Shown: positions 10,566 to 19,845 of the stretch, in pieces | Layout: each line of letters begins with the position of its first letter | How positions within the stretch are numbered: position 1 is the stretch's first letter | IMG/VR virus record: IMGVR_UViG_2693429554_000020 | Location: 1-35,812 of that record | From: a virus | Taxonomy: Duplodnaviria; Heunggongvirae; Uroviricota; Caudoviricetes | DNA: 35,812 bases | Direction: 5' to 3' (one strand) | Position numbers and translations under genes: made by a program | Notes under the pieces: generated by a model | Seen by the model: the letters and a program-made list of their open reading frames with translations, nothing else | What the model was told of the DNA's origin: nothing | Databases searched by the model: none

Positions 10566-11068
10566 CTGTGTCGTCGCTCCGGCTTCAGTGATTTACGCAA
10601 TTCCCGCGCCAGAAAATAGCGTGTCCAGCTGCGGTTCTTTTCAAGCGTTTCCACCATGAAGTTATTACGTGGAGCCAGTCGCCAGCCGCTGCCACCGGAT
10701 GCGCCACGATGATGGCTGCGACGACGCTTTGCCCCTCGCCTCACGCCATAGAACAAAAAAGCCGGATAAAAATCACCGGTGATACGGCGGTTTCCCTCTC
10801 CATTACGCTGGTTAGGGGCTATACGTGCCATAAAACCAGGGCGATGTTTACTGGCTCTGGGTACCATGTAACCAATCGAACGAGCCAGGCGTCCGGTCTG
10901 ATAACCGGGGTTTTCACCCGGTGCCGACCGCGCACGGCGCATCACCAGCCGACGGGCATCACGCATATGACGCTGACCAATCGTGACAAACGCCCGCCGG
11001 ACACGGGCGCGGTTAAAGCGCATCTCCGCGGGCTGCTGAAAATCAACGTGCAAAAAGGAAGTCGTCAT
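10562..11068 (-). CDS. Putative virion morphogenesis / tail completion protein (Arg-rich)
   Basis: 168-aa basic ORF, overlapping stop/start with neighbours in the head-tail joining block. Confidence 0.4.
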   Translation of the reverse strand: MTTSFLHVDFQQPAEMRFNRARVRRAFVTIGQRHMRDARRLVMRRARSAPGENPGYQTGRLARSIGYMVPRASKHRPGFMARIAPNQRNGEGNRRITGDFYPAFLFYGVRRGAKRRRSHHRGASGGSGWRLAPRNNFMVETLEKNRSWTRYFLARELRKSLKPERRHR

Positions 11069-11453
11069 TGTTGCCTCCGTGACTCTGCCTACATTCGCCC
11101 AGCTCCGTACACTCCAGCAGCAGAAAGCGCCGCGCCCCGTTCAGATCGCGCTGACGTTTCACCCGGTACACACTGTCACCGCAGACCACCTCATAATCAG
11201 CGGTGATCCCCCGGCGGTAACGAATGGTGATGTAATGGGTGATGGCGTCCCCGGTCTGCGCGGTTTCCTGCCAGGTGGTGGCACTGGTCTGGATAACCTT
11301 CGCCCATGTCCGGAACGTAACCGGGTATTGAGGCTCCACGCCAAAGTTATCCGCGGGCATATCCACCCGCAGGCGGATCAGGACGCATTTATTCAGTTCA
11401 CCGGGGTCCGGCAGAATGTAAGTTGCGCTGGTCTGCGCCTGACGAATTTTCAT
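11043..11453 (-). CDS. Head-tail adaptor / head closure protein
   Basis: 136-aa ORF downstream of the connector-like gene; recalled similarity to head-tail joining family. Confidence 0.5.
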   Translation of the reverse strand: MKIRQAQTSATYILPDPGELNKCVLIRLRVDMPADNFGVEPQYPVTFRTWAKVIQTSATTWQETAQTGDAITHYITIRYRRGITADYEVVCGDSVYRVKRQRDLNGARRFLLLECTELGECRQSHGGNNDDFLFAR

Positions 11454-11773
11454 TGCGGAAAGTACCTGTACGGGCCGACAAGCCAGCCAAAACTCTGCGG
11501 CATGTCGAGTTTCTCCACTTCCGTAACCGACGAGCGGTTTTCGTAAAAATGGCTGATAAGCATCAGCATCCCCAGACGAATATCATCCGGCAGGTGCAGC
11601 CCGTCCGGATCGCTGTCCGGAATGGATTCATCCGGTGCATAGAGCTTCCGGTTCAGATACGTTTCCGTCCGCTTTTGCGCCGCACAGGCCAGCAGTTGCA
11701 GATGGCGGTCATCAGCATCGAAATCCTCATCCAGCCGGAGTTGGGCTTTAATCTCTTCCATTGTCAGAAGCAT
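11450..11773 (-). CDS. Head-tail connector protein (gp6-like)
   Basis: 107-aa ORF; N-terminal MLLTMEEIKAQLRLDEDFDADD... resembles gp6-type connector proteins; sits after the capsid gene. Confidence 0.5.
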   Translation of the reverse strand: MLLTMEEIKAQLRLDEDFDADDRHLQLLACAAQKRTETYLNRKLYAPDESIPDSDPDGLHLPDDIRLGMLMLISHFYENRSSVTEVEKLDMPQSFGWLVGPYRYFPQ

Positions 11774-11775
11774 AC

Positions 11776-11976
11776 TCAGCTCTCTTTACTGGTCGTGGCT
11801 TTTTTCTCTTTTGCCGCTTTACTGCTTTTTGCACTGGTTCCGCGCTCAGCTAACCCGGCCTGAAGTGCAATCTCCTGCACCCGGGCAGGAAGCGCCCCGT
11901 CGTCATACTCACCGGCCCGAATGACCTCAACACGCATACCGTCCGGTGACCATTTCAGATCTTGTTTCAGGATCAT
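11776..11976 (-). CDS. Small hypothetical head-associated protein
   Basis: 66-aa ORF with Lys-rich C-terminus between capsid and connector genes. Confidence 0.35.
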   Translation of the reverse strand: MILKQDLKWSPDGMRVEVIRAGEYDDGALPARVQEIALQAGLAERGTSAKSSKAAKEKKATTSKES

Positions 11977-12025
11977 GATTCTTCACCCGTCAGAACAGGG
12001 GGCGCGGTTCCGCGCCCCTGAATGA

Positions 12026-13231
12026 TTACGCCGCTGCAATCTTCAGCAGTTTGATGGCCTGCGAATCGACCAGCATCCCGCCGGTGCGCTTGGTGGTATA
12101 AAAACCGACAAACGGTTTATTGGTGTACGGATCACGCAGAATGCGGGTGCCGATACGGTCAACGATGGTGTAACCCCGTTTGAAGTTACCAAATGCAATG
12201 GCTTTCGCATCAGCGGCGATATCCGGCATCTGTTCGTTTTCAGCGATACCGTAACCCGCCAGAGAGGACGGCTGCCCCAGTTCCAGCCCCGGACGCCACA
12301 GATAGTTACCCTCGGTGTCTTTCAGCAGACGGATGGCAAACAGGCTGTTGTTGTTCATCATGAACTTCGCGCCAGTGCGGTGTGCCTTTCGCAGCGTGTA
12401 AATCAGTTTGATAATGGCGTCTGCGGTCACCGCGGTCGCTTCGCCGGATACAATATGCTGAAGTTTGCCGAACGCCCGGACCTTATCGGTTTCATCAGTG
12501 GATTCATACGCCAGGAACCCTTTCGGCTTCTTGGTACCATCGCCGGTGGTAAAGGCAATTTCTTCCTGTTCGGCAAATTCGGTTGCCAGCTCGCTGTTGA
12601 TCCAGGCCTCCACGTTGAAGAAGGCATCATCCAGCATTTTCTGGGTGGCCTGCGGGTTGCCGTAGATTTCCCCCATGAGAGGTTCAATCAGCTCCAGTCT
12701 GGAGGTGGCAGTCTGGGATCGCGTATCCGTTTCCCCCACCCATCCGGAAGCCGTGCCGCCCAGATTCACCAGTTTTTTGTAGTCGGAACCGCCAACGGTG
12801 ATCACCGTGGCTTCCTGGCGCATCACCACTTCATCTTTCAGCAGGGTGAGAATGTTGCGATCCAGCGCTTCCGGCACGGCATAGCCACCGTCTTCATCGG
12901 TGCCCACCTGCAATGCCTTACGCTCCAGATCGCGCAGACCATCTTCACGGCCTTTACGCAAAAAGCCCACAAACGCTTCTTTATGCTCGGTGGCCAGTTT
13001 ATTTTGCGCGCCACCTGCCGGACGTTTCAGCTCAAGCAGCTCTTTTTCAAGATCGCTTTTGAGATTTTCCAGCTCGCTGAGTTTCCCGTTCAGGGTTTCC
13101 ACCTGCCCGGCAAGCTTGCCTTTTTCCTGCTCAATCGCATCCACGCGCTTGTCGTTCTTTGCTTTGAAGTCGTCAAACTTCTGCTGCAGCTCCTGCGCGA
13201 CCTGTTCGACATCTTTAATATCTACCGCCAT
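12026..13231 (-). CDS. Major capsid protein (HK97 fold family)
   Basis: 401-aa ORF with N-terminal coiled-coil (delta-domain-like) region, directly downstream of the prohead protease. Confidence 0.7.
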   Translation of the reverse strand: MAVDIKDVEQVAQELQQKFDDFKAKNDKRVDAIEQEKGKLAGQVETLNGKLSELENLKSDLEKELLELKRPAGGAQNKLATEHKEAFVGFLRKGREDGLRDLERKALQVGTDEDGGYAVPEALDRNILTLLKDEVVMRQEATVITVGGSDYKKLVNLGGTASGWVGETDTRSQTATSRLELIEPLMGEIYGNPQATQKMLDDAFFNVEAWINSELATEFAEQEEIAFTTGDGTKKPKGFLAYESTDETDKVRAFGKLQHIVSGEATAVTADAIIKLIYTLRKAHRTGAKFMMNNNSLFAIRLLKDTEGNYLWRPGLELGQPSSLAGYGIAENEQMPDIAADAKAIAFGNFKRGYTIVDRIGTRILRDPYTNKPFVGFYTTKRTGGMLVDSQAIKLLKIAAA

Positions 13232-13245
13232 CGTATTTCTCCTGA

Positions 13246-13932
13246 TTAGAAGTTCAGATTTTTCAGTGCATTCAGTGCAGAGCCCACATCCTCAGCGTCG
13301 CGCAGGGACAGTGCGCCATAGCCCCCGGCCATGAATGCTTTGGCCTGGGTACGGGAGAGTCCGACATCACGCAGGACTCTTTCGATTTTTTTCTGTTCGG
13401 GGATTTCCCCGCGGGCCAGCGCGTTCTTGACGTCGCTTATCCGCGCCTCGTCGTTAGACGGAAACGTCACCAGACTGACTTCCCAGAGGTCGATTTCTTT
13501 CAGCAGAAAGGCTTCTTTCGTCCGGTCGTATTCCCAGTCCTTCAGGACGTACCCAATAGAAAGGCCGGTTAACGAACCGGCCTTCATGTGTGCATGTGCG
13601 CGTTTTGCCAGGGGATCATCATCAATGAGCAACCGCCCCCTGACGTAAAGCCCGACATCGTCTTCCTTCATTTCGGTGTAAACACCGATGGGTTCATCCA
13701 TGCGGTGCTGCCAGAGCAGCGCAGGTAACGCTTTTCTGTCACTCCACGCCCGCAGGGAAGCAGCAAATGCCCCGGACATCACCACATCATCGTGGCTGTC
13801 CTTTACACCAAAGACGGAGCCATACCCTTCAAACTCACCGGAGTCACTGACAGATTTCAGACTCAGCGGTACATCAAGACGTTGTTTCGTCTGCATTGGC
13901 GTTATCCTTCTGCTTACCGGCTTTACTGCCAT
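13246..13932 (-). CDS. Prohead protease (HK97 family)
   Basis: 228-aa ORF between portal and capsid; GYGSVFG...D...GAF region typical of the family. Confidence 0.7.
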   Translation of the reverse strand: MAVKPVSRRITPMQTKQRLDVPLSLKSVSDSGEFEGYGSVFGVKDSHDDVVMSGAFAASLRAWSDRKALPALLWQHRMDEPIGVYTEMKEDDVGLYVRGRLLIDDDPLAKRAHAHMKAGSLTGLSIGYVLKDWEYDRTKEAFLLKEIDLWEVSLVTFPSNDEARISDVKNALARGEIPEQKKIERVLRDVGLSRTQAKAFMAGGYGALSLRDAEDVGSALNALKNLNF

Positions 13933-15115
13933 CGGAGGGTTTCGTGGTCATGTTCATCGGTGTGAGATAGACATCACCACCGGGACGCGGATTCATATCT
14001 TCCAGGTCGCGGCAGTCATTGGGAGAGTAAATTCCCCAGTTGATCCCGGTGGCGTAGGCTTCAAAACGGGACTTCATATCCCCGCGCAGTAACGCCCCGG
14101 CGTTAAATTTGGCGTAATAAACGCCCTGCTTACTTTTTCGTACCAGTCCGGTGTTGATCCGCTGTTCGATGCGGGTCAGATACGGCACCAGTGAATAGTT
14201 GATAAATCCCAGCCCCAGCTCTTCGATATTGTTGAAGGTGGCGCGATCGGTGTTCTGCACCATGTGCAACGGCACCCGGAACAGACGACAGATTTCTTCA
14301 AGCTGAAACTTGCGGGTTTCCAGGAACTGGCTGTCCTCGGCGTTCAGCGCCATCGACTTCCAGTCCAGCCCCATCTCAAGGATCATCGGGCGGTGAGCAT
14401 TGCCAAGCCCGGTGTGACGCTCCTCAAAATCTTTCTTCAGGCGCTCATAAGCCTGATCTGACAGCGTCTGCTCTGTACGCAACACACCCGACGTCACCGC
14501 GCCATTGCTGAACAGTCTGGCCCCGTGCTCTTCGGTCGCTGCCGCCAGCGATATTGCCTCGCGGGCATAGGCGATGGGATTCAGCCCCACCAGTCCGTCC
14601 AGCGTCAGCGTGCGCACATGCCAGATATCCTCCTGGCTCAGTACATCCGTGGAGCCATCCGGGAATGTGACCTGATAGACCGGCTCCCAGCTACTGTTAA
14701 GCTTCGGTACCACACAGCCGGGATCGACGGGCAGCAGTTCAGCCACTTCGCCAAATGCTTTCACTTTGTAGGCGTAAAAGTTTCCCCGCAGGCACAGACA
14801 GGTGACCACCAGCTCCCAGAACTCCTGCGGCGTCATATAGCCATTGGGATGCGTGGAGATCAGCTTATGCAGACGTTCGCCAGTGGCTCTCTGCTTCAGG
14901 CTGCCGTTCAGGTGATACAGGTTGCAGGGCAACATCCCGACCGACTCCGCCAGCACCCTGACACAGGAAAAAACCGCCGTCAGTCGCATGGCCCGCTGGC
15001 TGCTGATCTGCTTTCCGGTATAGGTGTCGTAGGACAACCCGATAGCATCCGCCAGCTCTGCTGGCGTGGTCACCGGTGCGTCACTTTTTCGTTGAAATAA
15101 TCCCGAAAAGAACAC
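13874..15115 (-). CDS. Portal protein (HK97 family)
   Basis: 413-aa ORF downstream of terminase large subunit; size and order. Confidence 0.75.
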   Translation of the reverse strand: MFFSGLFQRKSDAPVTTPAELADAIGLSYDTYTGKQISSQRAMRLTAVFSCVRVLAESVGMLPCNLYHLNGSLKQRATGERLHKLISTHPNGYMTPQEFWELVVTCLCLRGNFYAYKVKAFGEVAELLPVDPGCVVPKLNSSWEPVYQVTFPDGSTDVLSQEDIWHVRTLTLDGLVGLNPIAYAREAISLAAATEEHGARLFSNGAVTSGVLRTEQTLSDQAYERLKKDFEERHTGLGNAHRPMILEMGLDWKSMALNAEDSQFLETRKFQLEEICRLFRVPLHMVQNTDRATFNNIEELGLGFINYSLVPYLTRIEQRINTGLVRKSKQGVYYAKFNAGALLRGDMKSRFEAYATGINWGIYSPNDCRDLEDMNPRPGGDVYLTPMNMTTKPSDGSKAGKQKDNANADETTS

Positions 15116-15297
15116 TATTTACCTCCGCCGACAGACGACTGTGTACGGTCGAGATATCGCGCCACCAGCCACGACCAGAACAGACACAACGCCCCGGCAA
15201 CAACAAACCCCGCCGGGGGATAAATCAGCCAGGCACCATACGCCAGCAAAAGCGCCCCCAGCACGCCCACCAGAGGCGCGAGAATCAGCATGATCAT
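15115..15297 (-). CDS. Small hydrophobic protein (two predicted TM helices)
   Basis: 60-aa ORF filling the gap between terminase and portal; hydrophobic composition only. Confidence 0.3.
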
Positions 15298-15308
15298 AAT
15301 TACCTCAG

Positions 15309-17042
15309 TTAAAGCGAGCGGATCCCATAGGACTCAATGTGGTCAGACAGCGTGTCTTCTTTCTCGTACAGCATGGCTCTGCCAACCGCCATAATCAGCG
15401 CAACTGCACCATCGATTTTGTTTTCCGCCTGCTCTTTGACGGGCTTCACCACATCATCGTTACCCGGAATGGTTTTGCCGACCACGTTGCCGATACACCA
15501 GGTCATGATGGGATTGCCATCATGATGAAAGCGCCCCGATTCAATTGCCGCTTCCAGCTCTTTCATCGGGTCGGACATGTTGGTGTAGTTCTGAATGATA
15601 GTGATGGGGTTCAGGTCTTCATCAGCAAGGTCATGTGACAATCCGGTCGCCCCGAAGGGGTCGATGGGTGACTCACTGACCGGGCTGATTTTGTTCGCCG
15701 CTTTGGCCTCCTCGAGGATGTAGCGATAATCCACCTCCGCACCATCGGTAACGGTCAGAACGCCCATTTCCACCCATTTCTGAAAGCGTTCGGCTGTCCG
15801 TCGATCTTCATTTTTCTCGACGCTGTACACCGTGTCATACGGTACCCAGAAACGCGGGGCCACACTGTAGTAATGCGTTTTACCGTCAATCTCGCGGGTA
15901 TAAAGTCGCGCCATGCTGTTCATATCCAGCTTACGCGCCAGGTCAAAGGCCAGAATGCACGGCTGCCCCTCGAACTGCTCAAGGGTCAGTGATTTATCCT
16001 CGCAGCTCTGCCAGCTCACCTGGTTGAAATACGCCGAACGCGCCGACACCCAGATATTGAGGTGTTTTGTTTTAAAGACGTTTGCCAGACGGGCGTTATT
16101 TTTCGCACGCTGCTGCTGACTTAACAAAAATTCGCGATAAACCGACACGCCAATATTTGGATTGGCTTTTTCCAGCACCTGCGGGTCGGTCCAGTCGTCA
16201 CCTTCATCAACGGTATAGATGATCCCGAACAGTTCATCGTTGGGTACCGACCCGTTGAGCATCTCGATAACTTCCCGCCGCTTGTCGTAGCACGGCCCCT
16301 CAATGTTGTACCCGGCAGTAGTAATGGCCCACATCAGTGGCTGACGTCGCGCCCCCATCCCGGTAAGCATCGTGGTGTAAAGCGCATCGGTGGCGTGCTC
16401 GTGATATTCATCCACCACCGCACAGTGGGGTGATGATCCATCACCGGGGTTACCGATCAGCGGTTCAAACCGCGCGCCATCCTCCGGACGGTTCATGTTT
16501 GAGGCGTTAACCTCAATCCCGAACGCTTCCGTCAGCATGGGTGTGCGTTTACACATCAGTCGCGCCGGGCGAAAGACTTCCCACGCCTGTTTCTCTGTCG
16601 TGGCACCGGAATACACTTCCGCGCCAAACTCGTTATCACAGGCAAAACAATACAGGGCGACACCGGCAGAGATTGCCGATTTGCCGTTCTTACGGGGGAT
16701 TTCGGTATACACCTCCCGGAAGCGGCGCAGCCGGGTACCTTTATTGACCCAGCCAAACGCACAGCAGATCACAAAGAGCTGCCACGGCTCCAGCGTGATG
16801 GGCATCCGTTTGAATGCCCACTCACCCTTGGTATGCGGCAACAGCTGAATAAATTTGGCGGCCCGTTCAGCCAGGTCCTTGTCGAAGCGGTAACGAAACG
16901 ACTTACTTTTTTCCGCCATCAGGTCATCAAGATGGCGCTGGCAGGCCTGAATCACAAACTGGCAGGCCACAATCTTTCCGCGCACGACATCACGGGCATA
17001 CTGATTGGCTGCATTTACGTTGGGGTAAGATTTCCGGCTCAT
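15309..17042 (-). CDS. Terminase large subunit
   Basis: 577-aa ORF with P-loop-like PRKNGKS motif; follows the small subunit gene. Confidence 0.8.
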
Positions 17043-17055
17043 GATTCGATGATTT

Positions 17056-17550
17056 TCAGATTGTCAGAAACGGGTTAGTGGCTTTCTTCTTCCCCGCCAG
17101 GCCAATCAGACGCTGGCGGCTGCTGGGGTCGAGTCCGAGCATTGCCCCCGTGCTGCTCATCTCGGACTCCTGTTCTTTTTTGGCGGTCAGCTCCGGATTT
17201 TTGACCATGCCGCCCATTGCACCGGTGATGGTGTTGCCCTGTCTGGCAATATTTTTCACGGCACGTCGCCAGAATTCATAGGCCACACACCACCGCTCAA
17301 GTACCGCCAGGTCAGTCACGCACAGCAGGCCCTGACCGCAGAGTTCTTTGGTTGTCAGTTGCCACATGATCGTGGCGAGAGGGAGATCTTCTTCAGCGAA
17401 CCACTCCGGTGGCTCAACACCTTTGATGGGCGTAAAAACAGGTTCATCTTTATTCAGGGCTCGCTTGCCGGGGTTTCCGGCCAGCGCCTTGCGCGCCGTT
17501 GGCTTGGGGCGACGCCCGGAACGCCCCGCCGTTCCAGCCATATGCGGCAC
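17056..17550 (-). CDS. Terminase small subunit
   Basis: 164-aa ORF immediately upstream of the large subunit; basic N-terminus. Confidence 0.6.
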   Translation of the reverse strand: MPHMAGTAGRSGRRPKPTARKALAGNPGKRALNKDEPVFTPIKGVEPPEWFAEEDLPLATIMWQLTTKELCGQGLLCVTDLAVLERWCVAYEFWRRAVKNIARQGNTITGAMGGMVKNPELTAKKEQESEMSSTGAMLGLDPSSRQRLIGLAGKKKATNPFLTI

Positions 17551-17666
17551 TCCTGGTTAAATTTCATTTTTCGCGGGTATAAAAAAACGATGGGGCGGGC
17601 AGTCCGGAAGACGTCAGGTCACAGGGATTTGACCCGCCCCTCCCCTCTGGCAATGGGAACTGGTTC
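17551..17666. other. Candidate cos / packaging-recognition region
   Basis: Intergenic between HNH and terS, the HK97-type cos location. Contains GGGGCGGG...CCCGCCCC inverted repeat (17593-17640) with a GACGTC palindrome in the loop and a flanking A7 run. Confidence 0.4.
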
Positions 17667-18017
17667 TTACTTCAGCCGTTCACGGGCCGTCTTCGCCTTA
17701 TGACACGGCCAGCACAGACTCTGCAGGTTACTGTCGGCATCGGTGCCGCCATGCGCTTTGGGAATGATGTGGTCAACGGTTTTCGCCTCACGCACCACAC
17801 CGGCACGCAGACATAACTGACACAGGCCTTTGTCACGCTTCAGCACACGTTCACGGATGGTATCCCACTTCGAACCGTAACCGCGCTGATGACGTGACAG
17901 GCCTGGTTTGTATTGCTTCCAGCCTTCGCTTTTGTGGCTTTCGCAATAGCCTGACGGGTCAGTAGTGGTATTGCGGCAACCGCGAACGCGGCAGGCTTTT
18001 GGTGTACGTGGTGGCAT
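17667..18017 (-). CDS. HNH endonuclease (terminase-associated)
   Basis: CQLC...DHIIPKAHGG...N...CWPCH motif. Start placed at ATG 18017 (MPPRTPK...) with AAGGAAA SD; the track ORF extends to 18104. Confidence 0.75.
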   Translation of the reverse strand: MPPRTPKACRVRGCRNTTTDPSGYCESHKSEGWKQYKPGLSRHQRGYGSKWDTIRERVLKRDKGLCQLCLRAGVVREAKTVDHIIPKAHGGTDADSNLQSLCWPCHKAKTARERLK

Positions 18018-18096
18018 TAATTGTTTCCTTAAGCCATTACGATGCGTCTGAAAATGAGTTAATCTGAAAATTCCTTCACTATGCGAGAGCATGACA

Positions 18097-18396
18097 ATGG
18101 TCATAGGACAAGAAGATCAGAAATGCTGCCCGGCTTGCAATTCAGATGCGACCTGGCAGAACCGTGATACCGCTTGGTTAATTAGATGCCCGATGTGTGA
18201 AACATTTCTCATCAGGAATTCCACCATTGAAATTTTGCGAAGTGACGTTGTGTATCGGACATTAGCTGGTGACCTTCTCAAACAAGAAGGTGGGTGTAAC
18301 TACATGCTTACAAGAGGAAGGCTTGCGAACTTCGCGAAAACCCAGCTCCCAAAATCAAAGTTTCAGGAATACTTCCCTGGTGACAACTACGAATAA
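18097..18396 (+). CDS. Small zinc-ribbon protein (hypothetical passenger gene)
   Basis: ORF 18091..18396 on the strand opposite the late genes; two Cys pairs (CCPAC...CPMC). Start at second ATG preferred on SD spacing. Confidence 0.35.
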   Translation: MVIGQEDQKCCPACNSDATWQNRDTAWLIRCPMCETFLIRNSTIEILRSDVVYRTLAGDLLKQEGGCNYMLTRGRLANFAKTQLPKSKFQEYFPGDNYE

Positions 18397-18436
18397 GCCA
18401 TTACAAAGCCCACCCGCAGATGAGCTTTGTAATGGC
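18397..18436. terminator. Perfect 13-bp inverted repeat hairpin between convergent genes
   Basis: GCCATTACAAAGC (18397-18409) and GCTTTGTAATGGC (18424-18436) with a 14-nt loop, between the zinc-ribbon ORF and the Rz1 3' end. Confidence 0.4.
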
Positions 18437-18693
18437 TACTGTGAGTTGCGTGACGTTTCTATCTTCCTGATACTGGCCTTGTCGATGTTGCACTGGCCCA
18501 GCGCCGAAAGCAGGCTCACATTCAGATCCAGACTGGCCCCATAGGTCAGCGGGTCGGGAATGACTGGCTGGGGCGTTTCAGTGGTCAGGCTTGTTGGCAG
18601 CGGTACCGCCGGAACCGGCACGTAAACTGTTCGCGTACTTCCGCAACCGGTCAGCAGCGGCAGCAGGCACATGACGTGAAGCACAATCATCAT
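18436..18693 (-). CDS. o-spanin (Rz1-like outer-membrane lipoprotein)
   Basis: Alternate-frame ORF overlapping the 3' end of Rz; start at internal Met gives lipobox LLTGC followed by a Pro-rich segment. Confidence 0.55.
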   Translation of the reverse strand: MMIVLHVMCLLPLLTGCGSTRTVYVPVPAVPLPTSLTTETPQPVIPDPLTYGASLDLNVSLLSALGQCNIDKASIRKIETSRNSQ

Positions 18694-18970
18694 CCGCAAC
18701 AGCCACTTTGATATCTTCCTGGGTTCTCTGTGACTCCAGTGCGATCTGCTGTTTTGCATGCTGGTTAGCCTCTATAACTGTATTGATGATTTGCAGTGAT
18801 TGCAGAACGTTACGGGTAATGGCAGTTGCTGATTCAGCATTTCGTACAGCCTCATCAGCACGCTCCTTTTCGTGCTGATATTTGCTGTAGTAATGTCCAG
18901 CAGACCAGATGAAGGAACCAATGACGCTAACAACGAAGGCAACAATAACCAGCTTATATCTCAGCTTCAT
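18578..18970 (-). CDS. i-spanin (Rz-like)
   Basis: 130-aa ORF with N-terminal TM helix, immediately after the endolysin gene, overlapping the Rz1-like ORF. Confidence 0.65.
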   Translation of the reverse strand: MKLRYKLVIVAFVVSVIGSFIWSAGHYYSKYQHEKERADEAVRNAESATAITRNVLQSLQIINTVIEANQHAKQQIALESQRTQEDIKVAVADDDCASRHVPAAAADRLRKYANSLRAGSGGTAANKPDH

Positions 18971-19430
18971 TTACTACCCCACCAGCTTTTTTAAATCGGG
19001 CAATCAGGTCACCGATTTTATGTTCATACTGACCGTAACCTGCACCAGGTAACGACGCCCAGATATTGCTGCAACGGTCGATTGCCTGACGAATACTGCC
19101 GCGGTCAATCATCGGTAAAGCACCACGCTCTTTAATCTGCTGCAGAGCTACAGCGTCCTGGCTTTCTGGAGAAAAATCTTTCAGGCCAAGCTGTTTACGG
19201 TAAGCATCCCACCAGCGTGAAAGAAGCTGGTAACGTCCGGCAGCTGTTGATTTGAGTTTGGGGTTTAGCGTGACAAGTTTGCGAGGGTGATCGGAGTAAT
19301 CAGTGAACAGTTCGCCACCAACAATAACATCATAACCGTGGTTACGTGTCGGTTGTCGCCCGTTATCCGTTCCTTCTGACCATGCCACCATATCCAGGAA
19401 AGCTTTACGCTGGGAATTTAGTGCCTGCAT
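18954..19430 (-). CDS. R: Endolysin, lambda R-type lytic transglycosylase
   Basis: 158-aa protein closely matching lambda R as I recall it (QRKAFLDM.AWSEGTDNGRQ.TRNHGYDVIVGGELFTDYSDHPRKLVTLNPKLKST...). Confidence 0.85.
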   Translation of the reverse strand: MQALNSQRKAFLDMVAWSEGTDNGRQPTRNHGYDVIVGGELFTDYSDHPRKLVTLNPKLKSTAAGRYQLLSRWWDAYRKQLGLKDFSPESQDAVALQQIKERGALPMIDRGSIRQAIDRCSNIWASLPGAGYGQYEHKIGDLIARFKKAGGVVNEAEI

Positions 19431-19433
19431 AAA

Positions 19434-19769
19434 TTACTCCTTCGAGCTACCAAATTTGTTACCGATTACTCGCATTGCAGCCCCACGAATAGCATCGACA
19501 CCGATCAGCCCCACGCCACCACCAATGGCAACAGAAAGCGATTTAGGCCATCCGACATATTCAAGAGCGGATGCAAAGGTCAGCGTCAGAGCGCCACATA
19601 GCAAAATCTCGAGCGTTTTTCGCTTCCAGCCACCACCACCGCCAAAATAGGCGATGCGCAAACCAGCCATAACGATCGACATAATCACTGCACCCAGCGG
19701 TGTGTCTCCACGCCACCAGCTCTGAAACAACTCCAGCCAGTCCGGCCAGGTATTTGGGTTATGAGGCAT
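19434..19769 (-). CDS. Holin (divergent lambda S-like)
   Basis: 111-aa ORF with about three hydrophobic segments directly upstream of R; loose pattern similarity to lambda S. Confidence 0.55.
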   Translation of the reverse strand: MPHNPNTWPDWLELFQSWWRGDTPLGAVIMSIVMAGLRIAYFGGGGGWKRKTLEILLCGALTLTFASALEYVGWPKSLSVAIGGGVGLIGVDAIRGAAMRVIGNKFGSSKE

Positions 19770-19815
19770 TTAGTCATCTCTCACCTCGCGATATTTGCGG
19801 GTGCTGTGTTGGAAA

Positions 19816-19838
19816 TAAAAAGGCCACGCAACGTGGCC
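19816..19838 (-). terminator. Intrinsic terminator downstream of methyltransferase gene
   Basis: On the minus strand GGCCACG-ttg-CGTGGCC (perfect 7-bp stem) followed by TTTTTATTT, 8 bp after the MTase stop and before the holin. Confidence 0.55.
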
Positions 19839-19845
19839 ACCAGAA

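Noticed and set aside
12380-13249. 289-aa plus-strand ORF
   Set aside because: Entirely antisense to the major capsid gene; composition typical of a shadow frame. Other long antisense ORFs (10029..10619, 14525..15100, 4505..5002, 6251..6580, 2317..2775) were treated the same way.
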